Shown here in pieces: positions 45,131 to 51,126 of a stretch of DNA of 51,126 nucleotides. Both the position numbers and the translations under genes were made by a program. Origin of the DNA: a candidate division WOR-3 bacterium (GTDB lineage: Bacteria; Hydrothermota; Tepidihabitantia; Tepidihabitantales; Tepidihabitantaceae); assembly GCA_039801225.1 (NCBI GenBank), contig JBDRUH010000006.1, positions 1 to 51,126 of the forward strand, given 5' to 3'. The notes beneath the pieces were generated by a model. It was not told the DNA's origin and searched no databases. It worked only from the letters and a program-made list of their open reading frames with translations. Each line of letters starts with the position of its first letter. The first letter of the stretch is position 1.

Positions 45131-46623
45131 CTCAGAAACCACTTATAAAGATAATAATTTTATTCGTCGCCGCCTTGCTTTTATCGCTCGCCTTTGCCCC
45201 GTTTCCCTGCCGTTTCTTTGCCTTTTTTGCCCTTATTCCTCTCTTTCGGGTTATTGAACATTCTTCAAAATCATTCTTCTGGGGGTGGTTATTTGGCACT
45301 TGCGCCAGCCTTTTTCACCTCTGGTGGTTGTGGTTCCTGGTTGTGCCGGTTGAACCAATCACCAGACTACTTTTGAATATCGGCGTCCTGCTCCTTTTTG
45401 GCTATCTGGGGCTATATTTCGGTATCTTTGCCTTTATTAGCCGCCGACTCGGGCTCTGGACTGCGCCACTCATCTTACCGCTCTTAGAGTTTTTGAAATC
45501 CCGAACTCAGATTGCCTTTCCCTGGGACCTTCTCGGCTACACTATGACTCCCTGGCCAGCATTTATTCAAACTGCAGCAATAGGCGGTGTCTATCTCATT
45601 TCCGCCTGGATTGTTCTCATCAACCTCCTCTTGTATAAATTCGGTGCCGAAGTAATAAAATCCCGGGGAAAGTGGCGGCAACCTCTCCCCTATTTTATCG
45701 GCATTATAATTGCATTTCTCATTCCAATTGGTTATGCCATATTCCACCAGCGACCAACAAAACCGTGGTTTGAGGTAGCAATCCTCCAGCCCAATGTCTC
45801 GCCCCTGGACAAAGGCGACTGGAGTTCTAAAGAAAAAATCCAGTCCGACCTCATCCGGCTGACAAAGAAGGCGGCAAAGTCAAAACCCAAAATGGTTATT
45901 TATCCTGAGACCGCAACCTTAGTTGATATTACCCACTCAACAACAATGGGACCGGCACTTCACCATCTCGCCGAGTCACTTAATATAGAAATCTTTACCG
46001 GTTCCCCGATTTATGACGACGAACATCGCACCTGGCACAACGGCGCCGTCTTAATATCTCCAGAAAGGGACTCAATCACCGAAAGGTATTACAAGTTGCG
46101 ACTGGTGCCATTTTCCGAAAAAATCCCCTACGCCGACGAACTACCGCTCATTCGCCGGTTGATCGGCACCGCTGATATGGGCAACTGGGACCGCGGCTGG
46201 CAATGGACCGTTTTTAACTCCCGAATAGGTAAGATTTCTGGGCTGATCTGCTTTGAGGCAATATTTCCTGACCTTGCCCGGGAGTTTGCCCGCCGGGGCT
46301 CGCAACTTTTTGTGGTAGTCACCAATGACGGCTGGTTTGGTAAATTACCCGGTGCCTATCAGCATGCCGAACTGGCAATTATGCGCGCGGTGGAAAATGG
46401 CGTGCCGATGGTGCGCAGTGCCAATAACGGCATCTCATTTATTGTTGACCCTTATGGACGGGTTATCAAAAAGACTGGGCTATTCATTGAGGAAGTTCTT
46501 ACCGGAACCGTTCCTGAGCCCTTAAATTCAACTCCCTATCGCCAATTTGGCGACCTTGTGCTCCTCTTTTACCCTTTTTTAATAATAATCGGCATCATCC
46601 TCCGACGGGTTAATAGAATTTGA
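45127..46623 (+). CDS. lnt: Apolipoprotein N-acyltransferase
   Basis: FPW.LLG, QPN, YPETA, YYKLRLVPFSE, ICFE, TNDGWF, RSANNGIS. Confidence 0.95.
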   Translation: MTQKPLIKIIILFVAALLLSLAFAPFPCRFFAFFALIPLFRVIEHSSKSFFWGWLFGTCASLFHLWWLWFLVVPVEPITRLLLNIGVLLLFGYLGLYFGIFAFISRRLGLWTAPLILPLLEFLKSRTQIAFPWDLLGYTMTPWPAFIQTAAIGGVYLISAWIVLINLLLYKFGAEVIKSRGKWRQPLPYFIGIIIAFLIPIGYAIFHQRPTKPWFEVAILQPNVSPLDKGDWSSKEKIQSDLIRLTKKAAKSKPKMVIYPETATLVDITHSTTMGPALHHLAESLNIEIFTGSPIYDDEHRTWHNGAVLISPERDSITERYYKLRLVPFSEKIPYADELPLIRRLIGTADMGNWDRGWQWTVFNSRIGKISGLICFEAIFPDLAREFARRGSQLFVVVTNDGWFGKLPGAYQHAELAIMRAVENGVPMVRSANNGISFIVDPYGRVIKKTGLFIEEVLTGTVPEPLNSTPYRQFGDLVLLFYPFLIIIGIILRRVNRI

Positions 46624-46647
46624 CATCAAACTTTACTTCTTTAAAAT
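46620..46647 (+). promoter_or_regulatory. Sigma70-type promoter of tRNA-Phe/rpsT
   Basis: TTGACA-N16-TAAAAT. Confidence 0.7.
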
Positions 46648-46658
46648 TTATTTCCTAG

Positions 46659-46731
46659 GCCGGGATAGCTCAGTTGGTAGAGCACAGGACTGAAAATCCT
46701 GGTGTCCACAGTTCGATTCTGTGTCCCGGCA
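46659..46731 (+). tRNA. tRNA-Phe(GAA), CCA not encoded
   Basis: Acceptor GCCGGGA/TCCCGGC, D arm GCTCAGTTGGTAGAGC, anticodon arm CAGGA-CTGAAAA-TCCTG, T loop GTTCGATT; followed by CTA. Confidence 0.97.
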
Positions 46732-46756
46732 CTATTCGCTATTAAACGGAGGAATA

Positions 46757-47014
46757 TTGGCAAAAAGAAGCATTTCTGTTCTGAGGCAGATAAGAAAGAA
46801 TCAGCGCCGGCGGCTACGCAATAGGATATGGCGAACCGCTCTGAAAAAGGCGGTAAAGAGCGTCCGTGCCGCAAAGACGAAAGAAGAGGCTTTAAAAGCC
46901 TTTGTCACCGCCCAATCGGTAATAGACCGAACGGCAAAGCGGCGGATAATCCATCCTAATACCGCCAGCCGTCTCAAGTCGCGTTTGATGCACGATATCT
47001 CCTATTTGAAGTAA
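46757..47014 (+). CDS. rpsT: 30S ribosomal protein S20
   Basis: SD GGAGGA, TTG start; RRRLRNR...IDRTAKRRIIHPNTASRLKSRL. Confidence 0.92.
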   Translation: MAKRSISVLRQIRKNQRRRLRNRIWRTALKKAVKSVRAAKTKEEALKAFVTAQSVIDRTAKRRIIHPNTASRLKSRLMHDISYLK

Positions 47015-47056
47015 GGGTGGTATGTGTCGCCCCAATATATGGGGTGAACAGGGTGA

Positions 47057-48316
47057 ATGAAGGTTCTATATATTACCACCGCATACCCCAGAAACGAAAA
47101 TGACATAATCACCCCGTGGTTGGTTGAAACCATCCGTCGTCTCCAAAATGTCGGGGTTACTATTACCGTATTCACCTCATCTTATGCTGGTCTAAACGAC
47201 CAGATTATCTTTGGTACGCCAGTTAAAAGATTCCGCTACTTCTTTGCCCGCTGGGAAAGACTTACCCACGAAGAGACCGCAATTGACCGGGTGCAAAAGG
47301 GATTTTTAAACAAAATTCTCGCCGCCTGTTATCTTCTCTTTGGAACTTTTGCCATCTGGCGCTTCTGCCGCAGGAATAGGTTTGATATCATCCACATCCA
47401 CTGGCCCCTCCCCCATTTTCTCTTTGGCTATGTTGCCAGCCGGGTCTGCAAGGCACCGACGGTTATCAGTTTCCATGGCGCCGAACTGATGGCGGTGAAA
47501 CACCGATACAAATTCCTGCGTCCCTTTCTCCGCTGGTCAATTGCCCGAGCCAATAGAATCACCGCCAACTCCAATCACACCGTTAAGGCGATTCAGGAAA
47601 TTTTTCACCGCCCGGTTGATATCATCCCTTTTGGTGCTGGATTCACAATACCAAATACCCAAAACCTTTGCTCGGAGCGAATGGATTCCTCCAATAGCGG
47701 TTGGCTCAATCGGCAGGGCGGAGCCGAGGGGCAAGGACCGAAAGCCGAAGCGACAAAGAAAATCCTTTTTGTTGGCAGATTGGTAGAAAGGAAAGGGGTA
47801 AAATACCTAATTGAGGCAACCGCAATTCTCGCCCGAGAGAAAAAAGTGGAACTCCACATCGTCGGGCAAGGACCAGAACTGCCTCTTCTCCAAAAACTCA
47901 CCAAGCAATTAGCCCTAGAAGATAAAGTTATTTTTCACGGTCAGGTCTCAACCGATGAACTGCGTCACCACTATCAAACCTGCGATGTGTTTGTGTTACC
48001 AGCAGTAATTGACTCCAAGGGCGACACCGAAGGTCTGGGAGTTGTCATAATTGAAGCAATGAACTATAAAAAGCCGGTTGTTGCATCGGCGGTCGGTGGT
48101 ATTACCGACTTGGTGATAAACGAAAAGACCGGTCTAACTGTGCCGCCCGGAGACAGTGGGGCGATAGCAAAGGCAATTAAAAGGCTTATTGAAGAACCGG
48201 AACTGGCATCTCTACTAAGTCAGAATGCTTTTGAACACATTCAGGCAAACTACTCTTGGAATCCAATAATTGCACGGCTTTTCAATCTTTATCAAGAACT
48301 CCTCTTCCATTCATAG
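47057..48316 (+). CDS. Glycosyltransferase family 4 (GT-B)
   Basis: DIIHIHW, ILFVGRLVERKG, EGLGVVIIEAM, VVASAVGG. Confidence 0.93.
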   Translation: MKVLYITTAYPRNENDIITPWLVETIRRLQNVGVTITVFTSSYAGLNDQIIFGTPVKRFRYFFARWERLTHEETAIDRVQKGFLNKILAACYLLFGTFAIWRFCRRNRFDIIHIHWPLPHFLFGYVASRVCKAPTVISFHGAELMAVKHRYKFLRPFLRWSIARANRITANSNHTVKAIQEIFHRPVDIIPFGAGFTIPNTQNLCSERMDSSNSGWLNRQGGAEGQGPKAEATKKILFVGRLVERKGVKYLIEATAILAREKKVELHIVGQGPELPLLQKLTKQLALEDKVIFHGQVSTDELRHHYQTCDVFVLPAVIDSKGDTEGLGVVIIEAMNYKKPVVASAVGGITDLVINEKTGLTVPPGDSGAIAKAIKRLIEEPELASLLSQNAFEHIQANYSWNPIIARLFNLYQELLFHS

Positions 48317-48320
48317 CCCA

Positions 48321-49310
48321 ATGCAGCCAGAGAACCTCGTGAGGGAAGCGCCGAGACCAGAGACAGGGAAGCGAAAAAACCTCAAATGGCTACGCTACAC
48401 CCTGGGCACAATAGTTGTTATTCTCTCCTTCTATTTTCTCATCAGCCGGCTGATTCGCGACTGGCGCCAAATTCCCTTTACCCAACTCCGCTTCAACATC
48501 TGGCTCCTTTTCCTCTCCTATATAATTCTCTTCTTATGCCACTTTCCCCTCGGCGCTATCGCCTGGAAACTGATAATTGCCGGACTGGGCGAAAAAATTT
48601 CATTTATCCGAGCGATGAGCATCCTCACAGTAACCCAGTTGGGAAAATACGCCCCGGGCAAGGTCTGGTTTACTTTGGGCAGAATGTCTTTTGTAAAACA
48701 AAATGGCGTTTCTGAGGCGAAAAGTTTAACCAGCGTGGTGATTGAAACTGGCTTTCTCCTTCTGGCCGCAATCTTTCTCTTCGCCATTGCCATTATCCTT
48801 TTGCCCCGCTCGGTTGTGCCCAAAGAAATCTATTATGCCTTCCTTCTGGCACCGCTTACCCTTATTATCACCTATCCGCCTCTCCTTAATCGGCTATTAA
48901 AACCCCTCTTAAAACTTTTCCATCAACCCGTATTTAAACTTAACCTCTCTTACCCGCGCCTCCTCTTAATTCTTAGTGTTTATGTCTTAGACTGGTTTTT
49001 CCAGGGGCTGGGCTGTTTTCTCCTCATCAACTCATTCTATCCTCTGCCCCTTGCCCGTCTGCCAATTCTTTTGGGTGGTTATTCCATCTCCTGGATTTTA
49101 GGATTTATCATTCTGATTGCCCCTGCTGGACTTGGCGTCCGGGAAGGAATTTATACCTATATACTCAAACTGGTATTACCGCAAACAATTGCTATCATAT
49201 CAGCGTTGATTACCAGAGTCTGGATGAGCACCGCAGAACTAACAATGGCGCTATTCTTTTTACCGGTTTTGCGCCATCGCCGGAGTGAAACTTTGATTAC
49301 TAAGGGGTAA
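48321..49310 (+). CDS. Lysylphosphatidylglycerol synthase TM-domain (flippase-like) protein
   Basis: QLGKYAPGKVW, PAGLGVRE, multiple TMs; ATG 48321. Confidence 0.82.
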   Translation: MQPENLVREAPRPETGKRKNLKWLRYTLGTIVVILSFYFLISRLIRDWRQIPFTQLRFNIWLLFLSYIILFLCHFPLGAIAWKLIIAGLGEKISFIRAMSILTVTQLGKYAPGKVWFTLGRMSFVKQNGVSEAKSLTSVVIETGFLLLAAIFLFAIAIILLPRSVVPKEIYYAFLLAPLTLIITYPPLLNRLLKPLLKLFHQPVFKLNLSYPRLLLILSVYVLDWFFQGLGCFLLINSFYPLPLARLPILLGGYSISWILGFIILIAPAGLGVREGIYTYILKLVLPQTIAIISALITRVWMSTAELTMALFFLPVLRHRRSETLITKG

Positions 49311-49313
49311 CCT

Positions 49314-51126
49314 ATGGCAAAAAAACACCGTCCCAGACCAGTAAAACCAAAACCCAAGCCACCGGTCCCGATTCGGGAAGAAAATTTACATCGTTACTCA
49401 ATAATCGCTTTGTTTATACTTCCATTGTTTTTCTACGGGCGACTCCTATTTAGCGGTGCAATGATGTTTGGCACCGATTTTATTGGCGCCGGTGGTTATG
49501 CGGCACACCAGTTTATGGCTGATTACATCCGCAAACATCTAACCATCGCCTTCTGGCAACCGCAAATCCTTTGTGGTCAGCCAACAGTTGCTGCCTTCTA
49601 CGGCGATTTATTCTATCCAACAATTTTTCTCCGTCTCTTTCTACCGGTTCACATCGTCTGGTCGTGGACCTTTTACCTTCAGACCTGCCTTGCCGGTTTA
49701 GGAACTTACTTTTTCTTAAAAGAACTCAAACTAAATACCATCTCCGCCTTCCTTGCTGGAGTTGCCTATATGTTCTCGGGCAGTATATTGACTTTAGCCT
49801 ATGCCGGGCATGACGGTAGACTCATTGGCACCTCCTTGATGCCTCTGGCAATTTTTTTCCTCACCCGGGGGATGAATCGGCGCCAAATCATCTGGTTTGC
49901 TTTAACAGGAATGATTCTTGCCCTCCAGCTCCTTTCCGGACACATTCAGAAGGTTTATTATACCGGCCTCATCCTTGCCGCCTGGTTTTTGTTCAATTTA
50001 ATTCGCACCATCAAAGAGGAAAAGAAAGCCCAATCCGCTTTGACCCCCTCGGCTCCGTCATTCCGAACCCGCCGAGGAATCCCTTTCTGGTCGCGCGGGG
50101 CAAGCCTCATTGGTTATTTTGTTTTAACGATAATATTTGCTGGCGCTCTTGCCGCCATCCAGTATCTGCCAATCTATGGCAATTTGCCCTATGGTGCGCG
50201 CGGTGCCGAACGGGGCTATGAATTTGCCACTTCCTGGTCAATGCCCATAGCCGAAACCTTTGACCTATTAACCCCTAATTTCTCCGGCGGTCTCTGGAAC
50301 TACTGGAGTAAAAACCCGTTTAAACTTCACAGTGAATACCTCGGCATCCTTCCCTTACTTTTTGCCTTAATCGCCCTCTGCCGTTCCTGGAGAAAGCCTG
50401 AAGTTAAATTTTTCTTTTTTACCTTCATCATCGCTCTCTTAATGGCATGGGGCGGTAATACCCCTTTTTACCGCATCCCTTATTATCTTCTACCCGGATT
50501 GAATAAGTTTCGCGGACCAGGAATGATTTTCTTCATCGCTGGCTTTTCCATTTCCGCGCTTAGTGGCTACGGCATCAATTACCTCCTCACCTCCTCTGAG
50601 CCCGCAGAAACGAGGAAGGGGTTCCGGTTTCTCCTTTACGCCGGTGGTGTGTTATTTCTCTTGTTCCTCTTCTTCCTTTCTGCCCGCAATGCTGCTGTTT
50701 CAATTTTCGCCCCCGGACCACGCCTTGCCCAATTTGAAGCCAATTATCCAGCACTGACCACCGGGATTCTATTTTCAGTAATTATCTGGTTTATCGGAAC
50801 AGGGATTGTTTTCTTTGTTATCCGTAACCGTCTCAATCCACTATTCTTTAACATCATCGTCACTCTCCTTATGACACTGGACATCGGCATCTCCTTAAAA
50901 CTCTGGGACAACAATAAAGGCTATATCCGCACAATGCCACCACCTCAGGAGCACTTCGCACCGGATGAGGTTGTGCGGTTTTTGAAGAATGATACCTCAC
51001 TTTATCGCGTCCTGCCGTTGCACTATGAACGCTCCGACGAAGGCGAACTCTGGCTTTATAACATCCATTCCACCGGCGGACAGATGCCCAACCCTTTACA
51101 GACCTATCAAGACTTTATCGGCGCCG
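49314..51126 (+). CDS. YfhO-family (GT-C-like) membrane protein, truncated by the window end
   Basis: Absent from the ORF track because it has no stop. Manual translation MAKKHRP...FWQPQILCGQP...LFYP...AYMFSG...LSGHIQ...YRVLP; multiple TMs. Confidence 0.8.
   Translation, partial: MAKKHRPRPVKPKPKPPVPIREENLHRYSIIALFILPLFFYGRLLFSGAMMFGTDFIGAGGYAAHQFMADYIRKHLTIAFWQPQILCGQPTVAAFYGDLFYPTIFLRLFLPVHIVWSWTFYLQTCLAGLGTYFFLKELKLNTISAFLAGVAYMFSGSILTLAYAGHDGRLIGTSLMPLAIFFLTRGMNRRQIIWFALTGMILALQLLSGHIQKVYYTGLILAAWFLFNLIRTIKEEKKAQSALTPSAPSFRTRRGIPFWSRGASLIGYFVLTIIFAGALAAIQYLPIYGNLPYGARGAERGYEFATSWSMPIAETFDLLTPNFSGGLWNYWSKNPFKLHSEYLGILPLLFALIALCRSWRKPEVKFFFFTFIIALLMAWGGNTPFYRIPYYLLPGLNKFRGPGMIFFIAGFSISALSGYGINYLLTSSEPAETRKGFRFLLYAGGVLFLLFLFFLSARNAAVSIFAPGPRLAQFEANYPALTTGILFSVIIWFIGTGIVFFVIRNRLNPLFFNIIVTLLMTLDIGISLKLWDNNKGYIRTMPPPQEHFAPDEVVRFLKNDTSLYRVLPLHYERSDEGELWLYNIHSTGGQMPNPLQTYQDFIGA
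50051..50085 (+). repeat. Palindromic repeat fragment inside CDS
   Basis: GGCTCCGTCATTCCGA is identical to 35949-35964; GCCGAGGAATCCCTT is the reverse complement of 35983-35997. Confidence 0.75.

Noticed and set aside
46641..46874. 77-aa minus-strand ORF, and the 46721 start for rpsT
   Set aside because: Both overlap tRNA-Phe; the SD supports TTG 46757.
46659..47060. tRNA-Phe as an island integration site
   Set aside because: No duplicated tRNA 3' end noticed and it is followed directly by rpsT.

Overview
Bacterial chromosomal window from a diderm, probably anaerobic organism. Gene content (PorU/PorV, FlgD-Ig and T9SS-sorting domains, Hcp, FeoAB) suggests an FCB-related lineage such as candidate division WOR-3; this is inference. 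It holds two envelope/secretion clusters: BamA-like, PorU, PorV at 0-9.7 kb, and Ig protein, PorV-FlgD, TPR, ExbB, ExbD, ExbD, TonB, OmpA-like at 26.9-35.8 kb. It also carries purA-hypB, rmuC, a cobalamin riboswitch with a BtuB-like receptor, a DtxR-feoA-feoB-M23 operon with a palindromic operator, rrf2-ferredoxin-hcp, purN, lnt, tRNA-Phe, rpsT and glycosylation genes. An accessory patch at 35.8-40.2 kb is the most interesting part. It contains a solitary 121-aa gene that aligns almost without gaps to the major capsid protein of archaeal rod-shaped viruses (SIRV2 fold; reference sequence recalled from memory), next to integron-type cassettes (hicB with frameshifted hicA, then GNAT) and no integrase. 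Other unusual signals are a 110-aa Ig-like insertion inside the conserved PorV motif, many 7-bp-period and palindromic repeats translated inside genes, and a promoter set dominated by 16-bp spacers with several leaderless starts. All calls are by eye; no searches were run.
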